Origin: Escherichia coli
Lineage (GTDB): Bacteria; Pseudomonadota; Gammaproteobacteria; Enterobacterales; Enterobacteriaceae
Direction: 5' to 3' (one strand)
DNA length: 64,000 nt
NCBI RefSeq assembly: GCF_041248615.1
Contig: NZ_CP158426.1
Made by a program: the position numbers and the translations under genes. Positions 37,799 to 48,422 of this stretch are shown here, piece by piece (position 1 is the first letter of the stretch; every line of letters starts with the position of its first letter). The notes below the pieces were generated by a model, which saw nothing but the letters and a program-made list of their open reading frames with translations, made no database searches and was not told the DNA's origin.

Positions 37799-38752
37799 CT
37801 ACTTCACCGTAGTTTTAAACGATAAAGGGGAGCCACGCTCCAGCGCCGTTTTTAGCGTATCACCGCTGAGATGATCGGTGATACCATCAGAGATTGCCCA
37901 TTCCTCAAATATAGACAAGAGTTTGTAGGGTTGTTTCACCAGAGGGCGTATATCATCATTATGATAACAGGCTAGCCAGAACAGCCGGGATAAGGGCGTA
38001 GATATTCTCGTCGGAGATAACTTGGGGTTTTTGTCACTGGTTAGCTTTTCTATCAATCTCTCAATTTCAACACATTTGATAACGAAAAAAGCATCTTGTG
38101 GCAAGTCATGCATTGGGAAGTAGCATGGATCCGCATAGTCCCGCTTTTCATTCCGCAAGGAAGACTCTTTTATTATAGAGGTGGTTTCATTCGATAAGTA
38201 TTTTATCTTGCTCTGAATTTGTTCTTTCCATGATATTTTATTGAAAAGTAAGAAAAGTTCATTTCCACTCGTAACAGTGATGCCAAAATTAATGGTGTCA
38301 GGATTATCAATAGGTAGTGGCATGCTGAGCGAGTCTGCTAGATATCTTTGTATGATAATGTATTCAAATCCAAATAGGTTTGTGTCCAAAATATTCCTGC
38401 GAGATGAAAAGTAATCTCCTTCAGTAGATATGATAAGGTTCCTATTATTTTTGAAACAATGTTTATCAAGAAAGCAGAGTCTCTTTAGCTCTGAATTGTC
38501 CAAGGTAGATATTTTTACTTTTTCTCCATTTTTAGTTATTTTTCGTAATGTCACCGGAGACTGGAAGTAAATGGATAGATTGATTTGCCCATACAGTGCA
38601 CAGCGATATATTGTACTTTCTGTAATTGAAGTATCGAATGTCTCATTAATCACTTGCACAGCTTCGTGTATTGTTAACCAGTTTTTTGCCATAAGCTTGA
38701 GATTGCTATTCCAGGACATAAGTGATTTTCCTTCATTTATTTTCTTTGGCAA
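37799..38752 (-). CDS. Hypothetical protein, 317 aa, AT-rich cargo
   Basis: ORF only; very AT-rich codon usage distinct from flanking T4SS genes. Confidence 0.5.
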   Translation of the reverse strand: MPKKINEGKSLMSWNSNLKLMAKNWLTIHEAVQVINETFDTSITESTIYRCALYGQINLSIYFQSPVTLRKITKNGEKVKISTLDNSELKRLCFLDKHCFKNNRNLIISTEGDYFSSRRNILDTNLFGFEYIIIQRYLADSLSMPLPIDNPDTINFGITVTSGNELFLLFNKISWKEQIQSKIKYLSNETTSIIKESSLRNEKRDYADPCYFPMHDLPQDAFFVIKCVEIERLIEKLTSDKNPKLSPTRISTPLSRLFWLACYHNDDIRPLVKQPYKLLSIFEEWAISDGITDHLSGDTLKTALERGSPLSFKTTVK

Positions 38753-38987
38753 TTATCTGATGCCATAAGTTAATTGATTGCTATCAATGTGAGAAATACC
38801 TCAGCGTTTATAGACATGCGAGGTTCAGAAAAATAAATTATCTTATTGATATTTCTTCTTTATAGCTTGTAAGTGGTAGTCGCCAATGATGCAAGGGAAA
38901 GGGTCTTTATGGGCATATATCCTATCCGTTAATTTCAACCATGTTCTGTTGTCCAGAGTCAGAATACATCTAACTCTGGATACGTTT

Positions 38988-40037
38988 TCACCAGTGATAA
39001 CTTATCCCTGTATCAAGTTTATCTGCACAGTCAATCCCTGCAGGGCTATTTCTGACGTTATTAAATTTATAATCTAAAAATATCTGCATATTTTTGTTGA
39101 AGTAGTAGCTAAAGCCTATTTCTTCATAATCCAGCACTCGGGTTCGTTGGCCAGCGATTGTTTGCGTCAGGTGAGTGTAACCAATGTTGGGCTGAAATCT
39201 GTCGGTCAGCATATACTTAGCCAGGGCTTCATAGCTGAAGGAGTTGGTATTATTGTTGCGAGGTTGGGGGTTGATAGCATTATTACTCTGCGTGAAAACA
39301 GTGGCCAGATAAAGTTTTTTGCTCTGGTACTTGACCCCCTCTGCGAAAGTTCGAATATTTTTTTTGTAACCGGCATTTTGTTGCTGTGAAAATGTGGTCT
39401 CGGAAGATGACGCAGCAAAAATTGCACTGAGCTTTGGCGTAAAGAACCAGGACAGCGAAGTACCAATACCATTGCCGTTCTGTTGTCTTAAGGTACGATT
39501 CTCGTTGTTACTTTTGAACTGGTATTGCATCGCTAATTTCACTGTCTGTTGAAAGACCGAAAATTTTTTTCGCCACGTAATAAGATCAAGGGCTCGGCCA
39601 CGCATGAAGTTGTCAATGTAGTTATAGGACATTTCCCTGAATAAGGGAGAGCGGTCTGTTATTGAGGTAACGTCGTACAGTACCCCCCAGTTCCGACCGA
39701 TATCAAGGCTTCCCCAGTACGGGTTGTCTACACCCAGAAACGCTAGCCGGGTTGCATTTCTGCTGGCATCTGATGCACTAACCGTATATTCCCAATGAGC
39801 GTAGGTTTGCCAGTTGTGGGTAAGTTCATGCTTCCCAATCAACCCAAAATAGAGATAGCTACGATCGCCATCATCTTTTATGTTATTACTGGTAAAACGT
39901 CTCGCAATAATAGTGCCATAAAAATCGAGACTTTTACCGTCCTGGTTCAGAACGTTGACCGCAAAAGAGTAGGGTGAGAAGAGTAGTGTGATTGATATAA
40001 AATAATAGCGTAAGTAATGCAATGTCATGATAAACAT
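38988..40037 (-). CDS. Outer-membrane beta-barrel porin-like protein
   Basis: N-terminal signal peptide; alternating beta-strand pattern; aromatic C-terminus. Confidence 0.55.
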   Translation of the reverse strand: MFIMTLHYLRYYFISITLLFSPYSFAVNVLNQDGKSLDFYGTIIARRFTSNNIKDDGDRSYLYFGLIGKHELTHNWQTYAHWEYTVSASDASRNATRLAFLGVDNPYWGSLDIGRNWGVLYDVTSITDRSPLFREMSYNYIDNFMRGRALDLITWRKKFSVFQQTVKLAMQYQFKSNNENRTLRQQNGNGIGTSLSWFFTPKLSAIFAASSSETTFSQQQNAGYKKNIRTFAEGVKYQSKKLYLATVFTQSNNAINPQPRNNNTNSFSYEALAKYMLTDRFQPNIGYTHLTQTIAGQRTRVLDYEEIGFSYYFNKNMQIFLDYKFNNVRNSPAGIDCADKLDTGISYHW

Positions 40038-40133
40038 CCCTAAAGATGGCTCAGCATCTGAATGGTGGCAGGGTGGACAATTTACCGCGACATATGCTCA
40101 TTGCTTAAATCCAATGGAATGAGATTATTATCG

Positions 40134-40970
40134 TTATGCTGAAGCGTTTTGTTTATGGCTAAAATAACTGATGATGCCATTAGAAATGGCGGATGCAATT
40201 TTGTTGCGGAATGCTGTTGTGCCTAATAATTTCTCCTCCTGTGGGTTGGTGATAAAAGAGGTTTCAATCAGGACAGATGGGATATAGGGTGATTTAAGTA
40301 CGGCAAAAGCTGCCTGTTCTGTATGGTTTGAATGCATATGGTGGACAGGAGAAATATGGTGAACTATATGTGATCCCAGTAAAAGACTTTCCCTGATGGT
40401 TTCAGTCTGTTCAAGATCGAAGATGATTTTGTCGAGATACTTGTCTCTGTGAATGATTCGTTTTCCTGCAATATTATCAGCAGCATTCTCACTTTTAGAT
40501 AGATACCTTGCCATAGCGCTGCTGGCTCCCCGTGTTGAAAGTGCAAAAACGGAAGCGCCATGGGCTGCAGGACTTGCGAAACCATCGGCGTGAATGGACA
40601 TAAATAGATCGGCTTTGTGTGCGTGAGCAATCTGTACGCGATCGTATAGTGGAATAAATGTGTCATCCGATCGCGTCTGGAGTGCATTAATACCGTGGCT
40701 ATTGAGAATGGCTTTTATCTTAGAGGTAATATCCAGTACTACATGTTTTTCCAGCGATCCTTCACAACCCACTGCGCCGGAATCAATACCCCCGTGTCCA
40801 GGATCTAGCATTATCGTAAATTTGCTACGCCCATTTGTTGGGAGGGAGGAATGCTTATGACTTAGCTGAGGTCGCATATGTGCATATGTCAGCGGTATAG
40901 CCAGTGTATTGGCTGCGAGGGCCGCTAAACCAGTAAGAATAAGTTTTCGCCGGGTAATGTTGGTGTTCAA
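40134..40970 (-). CDS. N-acetylmuramoyl-L-alanine amidase (Amidase_3 family) with Tat-like signal
   Basis: RRKLILTGLAALAA twin-arginine signal; FTIMLDPGHGGIDSGAVG and SIHADG motifs. Confidence 0.85.
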   Translation of the reverse strand: MNTNITRRKLILTGLAALAANTLAIPLTYAHMRPQLSHKHSSLPTNGRSKFTIMLDPGHGGIDSGAVGCEGSLEKHVVLDITSKIKAILNSHGINALQTRSDDTFIPLYDRVQIAHAHKADLFMSIHADGFASPAAHGASVFALSTRGASSAMARYLSKSENAADNIAGKRIIHRDKYLDKIIFDLEQTETIRESLLLGSHIVHHISPVHHMHSNHTEQAAFAVLKSPYIPSVLIETSFITNPQEEKLLGTTAFRNKIASAISNGIISYFSHKQNASA

Positions 40971-41412
40971 TGTTGACGCCTCATGCTGAATGATTTGTTA
41001 TGTTATAACGTTATGAATTATTTAAGGTCGAGGACTTGAATGTTATTTTTTGTTGCTTCGGGTTACTTAATATTAATCATTGGAAAATCACGAGGCTCCC
41101 AATGTATTGATAAATTGGATTTTTAATACCCATCACTACCTCTCATCGCTTGAATCATGATGACATCAGGCGTCCAGGTATGATCGTAATCTGCAAGAGC
41201 ACTGCTGATTAGCCTTTGTCCCATCTGTTTACTTTAAATCCTGAATTATCAAACAGGACAATGGAGTCCTGCTGGAAACATATTGATATAGATCCTTTCA
41301 AAAGATAATTATTCTCATTATTATTGGTTATGTTATAACGTAACAATTGAGGGTGTGCCGAGATTTAGAATGAGTCTATCCATTATTCGATGACTTATTC
41401 TGGGGAGGAATT

Positions 41413-42795
41413 ATGTCAACTGAACATATCAAAGAAGAAAAACTCAACATTGGTGCTGTGCTGGCTGTATCACTTAGTACAGTGATTGCGATGCTGGACA
41501 GCACTATCGCAAATGTTGCCTTACCTGTTATTGGCAAAGATTTTGCCGTCTCAGAAGCTGCATCCATCATGATAATCAATGCTTACCAGTTTGCTGTGGT
41601 CGCTTCATTGCTGGTATTCGCTGCATTGGGAGGCAAAATAGGTAACAAACGTATTTTTATTCTTGGAGTGATTTTTTTTGCGCTTTCCTCGTTAGGATGT
41701 GCACTTTCTGAAACACTGATGATGCTGACGGCTTTTCGCGTCATTCAGGGCTTTGGGGCTGCGGCCATTCTAAGTGTGAATGCGGTGTTGATTAAAGAGA
41801 TCTATCCTGCCCGGTTGTTAGGTCGTGGATTGGGGATTAATGTAATGGTGGTCTCTGTTTCCGCAGCGGCGGGCCCGTCAATTGCTTCAGCTATTATGTC
41901 AGTTGCGAACTGGAACTGGTTGTTTTCTATTAATGTACCGATCGCTTGTATTTCATTGCTGCTCTGTATTGTATCGTTCAAATCGACGCAACGTACCGAA
42001 AACCGGTTTGATAAAGCGGGTGCGTTGCTGGTTTTCCTGACGTTCGCTTCGTTTTCAACGATGATGCTGGGTCTGGCGAGGAACAACGTGTTAGACGTTA
42101 TCCCAAGCTCGATTATTCTTGTCGTGCTGGCAATCACTTTGTATCTGAATCAAAAAAGAAAGATTACTGATGCTTTGATCCCGGTTGCGATATTTCGCAA
42201 CAGGACATTTTCTCTGTCGTTATTAATGTCTTTGTTATCATATAGTACGCAGTTACTGGCATATGTCTCCTTACCATTTTATTTTCATAATGTATTAAAC
42301 CGCAATGTCGTTGAAATTGGCATGCTGTTAACGGCATGGCCGCTGGCGACAATGTTGACGTCATTGGTCGCGGGTGAACTAATCAAAAAGTTCGAGCCCA
42401 ACCTGGTAGCATTTACCGGACTATTACTACTTTTGATAGGCACTCTTTTAATGACATGGCTGCCCGTACAACCCTCGAATCTGCAGATCCTCTGGCGGAT
42501 CGCTATTTGTGGTTTTGGTTTTGGACTATTCCAGTCCCCTAATAATTTTCTCATTATGACTTCGGTCCCACATGAAAATAGCGGTATTGCCAGCGGATTA
42601 TTAGGCAGTTCACGTCTGATTGGGCAGATTATTGGTTCTGTGCTGGTGGCGTTTTTCTTTAATAACTTTGGGCGTAATGTAACAAATATTAGTCTTTTTG
42701 CCGGAGCATTGTTCTCATTTATGTCTCTGGCGGTGAGTTATCTCCGCTATAAATCTGCTTCTCATGACGTTGGTTTTGTTAAGAAAGTAATATAA
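41413..42795 (+). CDS. MFS transporter (DHA2-like, 14-TMS type)
   Basis: 460 aa; multiple TM helices; MFS motifs around LDSTIANVALPVIGKDF. Confidence 0.85.
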   Translation: MSTEHIKEEKLNIGAVLAVSLSTVIAMLDSTIANVALPVIGKDFAVSEAASIMIINAYQFAVVASLLVFAALGGKIGNKRIFILGVIFFALSSLGCALSETLMMLTAFRVIQGFGAAAILSVNAVLIKEIYPARLLGRGLGINVMVVSVSAAAGPSIASAIMSVANWNWLFSINVPIACISLLLCIVSFKSTQRTENRFDKAGALLVFLTFASFSTMMLGLARNNVLDVIPSSIILVVLAITLYLNQKRKITDALIPVAIFRNRTFSLSLLMSLLSYSTQLLAYVSLPFYFHNVLNRNVVEIGMLLTAWPLATMLTSLVAGELIKKFEPNLVAFTGLLLLLIGTLLMTWLPVQPSNLQILWRIAICGFGFGLFQSPNNFLIMTSVPHENSGIASGLLGSSRLIGQIIGSVLVAFFFNNFGRNVTNISLFAGALFSFMSLAVSYLRYKSASHDVGFVKKVI

Positions 42796-42854
42796 GTCTT
42801 TCAATAAAATAATCATGTGATGCTATTAAATTACAATTCATTTAACTCATTGAG

Positions 42855-43943
42855 GTGCTAAGTATGCTTAATGGAAAAATATTATTCTCATTATTCATAT
42901 CATCGATAATATTATTATCAACGGCAAGCTATGCCAATAGTAGTGAGGTGAGTAAGACGATAAATGACCAAAATATGAAAAATACTGAAGAAATACCCAT
43001 AAAATTCAACCGTATTATTATCACCGGCAATTGCCCCTTTGGTGTAATTATGGCAAATGATTTGGCATATAAACATGTTGTGGGCGTAGGACCTTGGGCT
43101 TTTCTGCATTCAAACATGAAACTTCTCAAGGATATGAAGCCAGATATCGACCGTATCACTACTGACTTTATTAATAAAGACTATGTTGTAAATATGGAAT
43201 CCTTACTAAATTTACAACCAGATATTATTTACTATTATGGTAAAAGTCAGAATGATAATCTGCAGCGGGCAGGGATCCCAACTATTAATCTTGATGCTGG
43301 TGGTGACACGAAATTTGAGCCAGTAGTAACGCAAACGTATTGGGAAAACGAATTTAACCAGACGCTTGGTTTACCTCACAGTCACAAATTTTCGGATGCA
43401 TGGAAGAGAAGCCTCAATGAGGCAAAACCATATGCCGAGAAGATCAAATCACAACATATTCGGGCATTATATCTTGAGCAGAGTGATGGGAAAGAGCTCA
43501 AGGTGAGTGGGCCGAAAACATATGGTGATACCTATCTTAAGATGGCGGGGATGGAAAATGTAGCAAGTGATCTGGTGGTAAAAGGGGATGCTGGCAGGTA
43601 CATTAATGTTTCAATGGAGCAAATAATTCAGTGGGATCCCGATGTTGTATTTGTGGTCTTTGGTAGCGCGAAGGATATTCTTAATAATAAAAATCCCGGG
43701 CAAGATTGGCATAATGTTAAAGCATTCAAAGATGGGAAAATATTTTCTACACCCGTAGGACTACATAATTGGGGAGGATTGTCTGCTGAGACTTCGCTAT
43801 TACCATTGTTTATGATTAATAAATTTAACCCTGACTATATAACAGATGCAGAATTGAAAGTTGCAACGCGGTTACACTATAAAAAAGTGTTTGATTATGA
43901 AATTCCGGACGCGCTATTAACCGATGAGTTAAGACAGCGGTAA
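42855..43943 (+). CDS. ABC transporter periplasmic substrate-binding protein (iron-siderophore / B12 / heme type)
   Basis: Signal peptide; followed by FecCD-type permease and ATPase genes. Confidence 0.75.
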   Translation: MLSMLNGKILFSLFISSIILLSTASYANSSEVSKTINDQNMKNTEEIPIKFNRIIITGNCPFGVIMANDLAYKHVVGVGPWAFLHSNMKLLKDMKPDIDRITTDFINKDYVVNMESLLNLQPDIIYYYGKSQNDNLQRAGIPTINLDAGGDTKFEPVVTQTYWENEFNQTLGLPHSHKFSDAWKRSLNEAKPYAEKIKSQHIRALYLEQSDGKELKVSGPKTYGDTYLKMAGMENVASDLVVKGDAGRYINVSMEQIIQWDPDVVFVVFGSAKDILNNKNPGQDWHNVKAFKDGKIFSTPVGLHNWGGLSAETSLLPLFMINKFNPDYITDAELKVATRLHYKKVFDYEIPDALLTDELRQR

Positions 43944-43986
43944 TAAAGTAATTCGGCGAATAGGTTTTTATTTTTAAAGGTTAGTT

Positions 43987-45000
43987 ATGCAGGAAAGACA
44001 AAAATACCGCATGCTGATGTGGATTTCAATCGTATTGTTACTGATTGTGGCTATGATTTCTTTGTTCATAGGTCGCTATACATTATCTATCCCCGAAATA
44101 ATGACGGAGGTATTACATGATAATGGTCACCGTTGTTTGAGCGCAGGATTCTCGGTTATATGCAATCTACGGTTGCCAAGGATTATTGCCGTCATGATGG
44201 TAGGGGCAGGGCTATCAGTAGCAGGCGTGACGTATCAAGCGGTGTTGCGAAATGCACTGGCTAGCCCGGATGTGCTCGGTACATCTTCCGCCGCAGCGTT
44301 CGGCGCAGCACTTGGGATACTGCTAGGTTTTCCACTACAACTCAGCGCTTTTTCCTCTTTCTTCTTTGGCATTGTCAGCCTTTTATGCGTGATGGGACTT
44401 TGCCATTTCAAGAAAAACAATGGGGAGCTCACGACTATCCTGTCGGGCATCATAGTGGCTTCGGTGTTTATGTCTTTTGTATCAATCATTAAATATGTTG
44501 CCGATCCACAGGACGAACTCCCGGCTATCGTCTTCTGGCTTATGGGGAGTTTCGCTTCTCTGGTCAAAGAGCAGGTTTATGGACTCATCCCGCTATACAT
44601 CATTTGTTATCTGGCTATTTACAAACTTCGATGGAAAATCAATGTGTTGTCTTTGGGAAATGATGAGGCCAAAATTGCTGGAATGAACCCACAATTGTTG
44701 AATACAGTTTTGCTAATCACAGCCTCAATTTTGGTGGCAGCATCAGTCACCATCGCTGGCGTGGTGGGCTGGGTTGGTCTGGTTATCCCGCATCTGGTTA
44801 GAACGCTGGTCGGGTACAACCATAGCAAGCTGATCCCGGCTTCGGCTGTATGTGGTGCGTTGTTTTTATTGGTCATCGACAACATTGCCAGGACCCTGAC
44901 TTACGCAGAGATCCCCATTGGAATACTTACTGCTCTGGTTGGTGCGCCTTTATTTGCTGTACTGTTCATCATGAGTAACCGATATGATCGAAGTGAATAA
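43987..45000 (+). CDS. ABC transporter permease, FecCD family
   Basis: 337 aa polytopic; FecCD-like conserved region; overlaps ATPase gene start. Confidence 0.85.
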   Translation: MQERQKYRMLMWISIVLLLIVAMISLFIGRYTLSIPEIMTEVLHDNGHRCLSAGFSVICNLRLPRIIAVMMVGAGLSVAGVTYQAVLRNALASPDVLGTSSAAAFGAALGILLGFPLQLSAFSSFFFGIVSLLCVMGLCHFKKNNGELTTILSGIIVASVFMSFVSIIKYVADPQDELPAIVFWLMGSFASLVKEQVYGLIPLYIICYLAIYKLRWKINVLSLGNDEAKIAGMNPQLLNTVLLITASILVAASVTIAGVVGWVGLVIPHLVRTLVGYNHSKLIPASAVCGALFLLVIDNIARTLTYAEIPIGILTALVGAPLFAVLFIMSNRYDRSE

Positions 45001-45739
45001 TCTGACGTTCGCATTCAAAAAGAGTAAAACTGCCTTTAACAATATCAGCTTCTCCATTGATGAAGGTGAGGTACTGTGCGTATTAGGACCGAATGGTGTT
45101 GGCAAAACAACATTGCTTAAAACGGTTACCGGTCTGTATCAACCGGTTAGTGGCTCATGTCATATTGGCCGAGTGGGAAACCGGAAAGCTCGTATGGCGT
45201 ATGTCCCGCAGGCCAAACGTGTTCACTTTTCTTACAATGTACTCGATTTCATCTCCTTTGGGTGCCCATTACGGGGCGGAATGCTGGCATCTCCTGGGGC
45301 GAGGGACATCGAAAAAGCGGCGCGAATATTGTCGGGACTTGGCGCTTCATATCTTGCAACCAAAGACGTTAACCAGATAAGTGGAGGTGAACTACAGATG
45401 TGCTACATCGCGAAGGCGCTGGTCTCAGAGCCGGACATCCTTGTGCTTGATGAACCTGAATCAAATCTTGATTTTAATAATCAGTCTCTCATTATCAATT
45501 GGTTGCACACGTTGTCGCGAGAGAAAAAAGTTACTATTATCCTGAATACGCACTTCATCAATCATGCAAATAACATTGCAGATAAATGTTTGCTAATGGG
45601 AAAAGATAGTTACTGTTTTGGAACAACACAGAGTGTCTTACAAGAGTCTCTCCTCGCCGATTATTTCCATGTTCCCGTTAAACGCTGTCATTTTGAACAC
45701 AAAGGAATACAGAAAGAATCATTTATTGTTGCAGTGTGA
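44984..45739 (+). CDS. ABC transporter ATP-binding protein
   Basis: Walker A GPNGVGKTT; signature ISGGELQM; Walker B ILVLDEP. Confidence 0.9.
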   Translation: MIEVNNLTFAFKKSKTAFNNISFSIDEGEVLCVLGPNGVGKTTLLKTVTGLYQPVSGSCHIGRVGNRKARMAYVPQAKRVHFSYNVLDFISFGCPLRGGMLASPGARDIEKAARILSGLGASYLATKDVNQISGGELQMCYIAKALVSEPDILVLDEPESNLDFNNQSLIINWLHTLSREKKVTIILNTHFINHANNIADKCLLMGKDSYCFGTTQSVLQESLLADYFHVPVKRCHFEHKGIQKESFIVAV

Positions 45740-45934
45740 TAGGTAGCCAATATCGCAGAGAAAATAAGAATTGAGGAATTGTTTATTGCGAAACCGTGCG
45801 AGTAGATGGTAATTCTGGTAGGAATATCATTTACGATTGATCAATTTTCCCACGGACTATATGCGATAAAATAACTTTGTCGATGCATGAAATAGCAGCT
45901 TCATTTTGTTAAAAGTAATAATAAAGGTGTAATT

Positions 45935-46552
45935 ATGATTAAAAAATTCGTTGAAGAATATCTTAATCAGATCTACATAAAAAAATACTCAATTATTACT
46001 ATTAATTCTCTTGATGAAGCTTCAATTATATCTAATATGCCTCATTGTTGGGAGCGTGATTTTCTGAAAAGAGAGCTGCATCTTCGAAGTGATATTGTAT
46101 TGAAAGCTAGAAGTAAAATAACCCCCTTCAAATGGTCTTCTGTAAATGGTAATAATGAAGATCTTAAGGCTTTATCCAATAGGTATAATATTAGCAATGG
46201 GGTGACTTTTGTTATAAAAATAAAACATGATGTCGTGATCTTCACGATGTACTACAATGAGGATGATGAGGATTTCATAAGATACTACTCTAGAAAGAAA
46301 CATAAAATATTGTATGATGTTATGAGTCTTTTTGAATCCCATTATGAACAAACACCCAAACATGTATTCACTGTACGAGAAAAGGAAGTTATGAATTTGC
46401 TGAAGTTTGGAAAAACTTATATTGAAATAGCATTTATTCTTGGTGTAAGTGAAAGGACCGTCAGATTTCATATCAATAATATTCTTGATAAATTGAATGT
46501 GACATCAGTTCGTTATGCGATCTTTAAAGCAGCTTCCGAAGGTTTGATCTGA
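45935..46552 (+). CDS. LuxR/FixJ-family HTH transcriptional regulator
   Basis: C-terminal LuxR-type HTH REKEVMNLLKFGKTYIEIAFILGVSERTVRFHINNILDKL; AT-rich. Confidence 0.75.
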   Translation: MIKKFVEEYLNQIYIKKYSIITINSLDEASIISNMPHCWERDFLKRELHLRSDIVLKARSKITPFKWSSVNGNNEDLKALSNRYNISNGVTFVIKIKHDVVIFTMYYNEDDEDFIRYYSRKKHKILYDVMSLFESHYEQTPKHVFTVREKEVMNLLKFGKTYIEIAFILGVSERTVRFHINNILDKLNVTSVRYAIFKAASEGLI

Positions 46553-46572
46553 CAAGGTTTTCCTTGTCAGAT
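46545..46572. terminator. Perfect hairpin GATCTGACAAGG-TTTT-CCTTGTCAGATC at luxR-type gene 3' end
   Basis: 12-bp stem, 4-nt loop overlapping the stop codon. Confidence 0.6.
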
Positions 46573-46578
46573 CATCTA

Positions 46579-46836
46579 TCAATGACGATAGAATTCTGAA
46601 AGGCGTAATCTCAAGCCATCGGTATCAAATCCATGCGCCCGAATGTGTTCTTCTGGGGTCCAAAATTGTCTGAGCTCCTTTGGTTTTGCACCAATGGACA
46701 AGATTCTGTGAGGTATATCGGACAATGCCTCACCTATAGCATGAATTGTCGTTCCTTCTAGGTATGGTTAACCTAGCCGGTTTATTACTACATGTCGTGG
46801 CAACTCCAGCGGAGTACATAATAGTCCATTCAGCAT
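46579..46836 (-). pseudogene. Short interrupted ORF (about 85 codons with one in-frame TAA), possible gene remnant
   Basis: Hand translation MLNGLLCTPLELPRHVVINRLG*PYLEGTTIHAIGEALSDIPHRILSIGAKPKELRQFWTPEEHIRAHGFDTDGLRLRLSEFYRH; protein-like but interrupted. Confidence 0.3.
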
Positions 46837-46883
46837 TGTTACTTTTTGTGAACTAGACTGGAAAAGAACTGGGTCAAATCACA

Positions 46884-48158
46884 TTAAATGAAGATACGTA
46901 GGCCGACCGCCGCCAGATGATCTGATACATTATATGACGCATCAGTGTTACCGCTTGCTTTCTCATAACCGTATTCAATATAGGTCACTGCGTTTTTCCC
47001 CAGCCAGTAATCGGTACCCAGCGTGGTGGACTGGAAGTGTTGACCGTCCATCGCATCACCGCCTTCGGTCCAGTCAAAGTTGGCATAGACGCTCCACTCA
47101 GGGGTAATTTTGAACTGTGAGGCATATTCCAGACCCAGAATCGTTTCTTGGTCGTTAGTCTGTTTGCTGGCGCCGCTGGTTGCTGCCTGAACGTCATCAA
47201 CTTTGTTGATATAGTAAGTCGCTTGCGCGCCGTTATACCAGGTGAAACTATCAAAGCTGGTTGTGTACTTAGCGTTCATCCCCATCGAATAGGTATTACC
47301 GTCATATGAAGGGCCGGTCACCGTTGTAACTGGAACAGTACCACCGTGCGGACCTATGGGCACATCCGTGGTTATGGTACCCTGATTGACAGAATAGTTG
47401 TTATAAGCTGCCGTACCGGAAAGTGAGAAACCATTATCGAAGCGATATTGTGCTGCTAACGCAGCGCCGCCGTGAACAGTCGCGGAACCATCGTGGTACG
47501 CATCATGCATATCCGGTCCGTTGCCGTAACCGCTGCCAAAACCAATTTTATCGACATCGTCATTCCCTTGGCCCATTACACCCACCGTGAAGGCCTTGGT
47601 GTTGTAATAATAAATAACAGCCGAGTTAATAATATCGGTCGACATACCAGTGGTATCATGTTTGGCTTTGCCACCGTATGCATAGGTGGTATCAATTCCC
47701 AGCCCCCAGTCGGTTGGGGAATATTGCTTACCGAAAGTCACCACCCCATATTCATCATTACCTATCCCCGCATACGCCTGACGGGTATAAACATCGTTAC
47801 CCTGATTATCAGTTGCGGAATCCAGACCGTGTATGCCAGTTTCATAATAACCTGCTGCGTAATAGCCTTTGTCATTAATATTGTGTCGTAGTGCGACACC
47901 CAGACGTGAGTCGTTGTTTTGTATATTATGTTCTACACTGTGCGCTGAATCGTTCTTTGCCATGAGACGTAAGGATCCCATAACTGAAATGGCTGTATCA
48001 TCATTTTGATAAATCATCTCCCCCTTGGTCTGTGTAGCAGTATATGCTGGAGCCGTATGTTCCCCGCTACTCACCTGTGCACAGGCAGGTGCGACTATTG
48101 CTGCAGTAATAAGCGGAGCAACAATAAATGGTTTAAGTCTTATATATTTTACGTGCAT
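46884..48158 (-). CDS. Outer-membrane porin-like beta-barrel protein
   Basis: Signal peptide MHVKYIRLKPFIVAPLITAAIVAPACAQ; Gly/Tyr/Asn/Thr-rich barrel-like composition; start at internal ATG of track ORF. Confidence 0.7.
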   Translation of the reverse strand: MHVKYIRLKPFIVAPLITAAIVAPACAQVSSGEHTAPAYTATQTKGEMIYQNDDTAISVMGSLRLMAKNDSAHSVEHNIQNNDSRLGVALRHNINDKGYYAAGYYETGIHGLDSATDNQGNDVYTRQAYAGIGNDEYGVVTFGKQYSPTDWGLGIDTTYAYGGKAKHDTTGMSTDIINSAVIYYYNTKAFTVGVMGQGNDDVDKIGFGSGYGNGPDMHDAYHDGSATVHGGAALAAQYRFDNGFSLSGTAAYNNYSVNQGTITTDVPIGPHGGTVPVTTVTGPSYDGNTYSMGMNAKYTTSFDSFTWYNGAQATYYINKVDDVQAATSGASKQTNDQETILGLEYASQFKITPEWSVYANFDWTEGGDAMDGQHFQSTTLGTDYWLGKNAVTYIEYGYEKASGNTDASYNVSDHLAAVGLRIFI

Positions 48159-48422
48159 AGAAACCCCATGATCATTGTTTAAGTTCATTTTTAGAGTGTT
48201 TTTTAAATATGGAGAGTCTATTAAAAGCTTTTGAATATAAAATAAAACTGTCAGTTCTGACAGGAGTGTTTTTTATTTTCAATTAAATTATTAAGCATTT
48301 TTTCGGAGATGTGGGTTTTTTACACGGTATTAGCGAAACGGTTTGCCATGTAGTTTGGACAAAGTAAAAAGCCGCATCAGTCTGCACTGATGCGGCTTTG
48401 ATTTGTCAGGGTGACTAAATCA

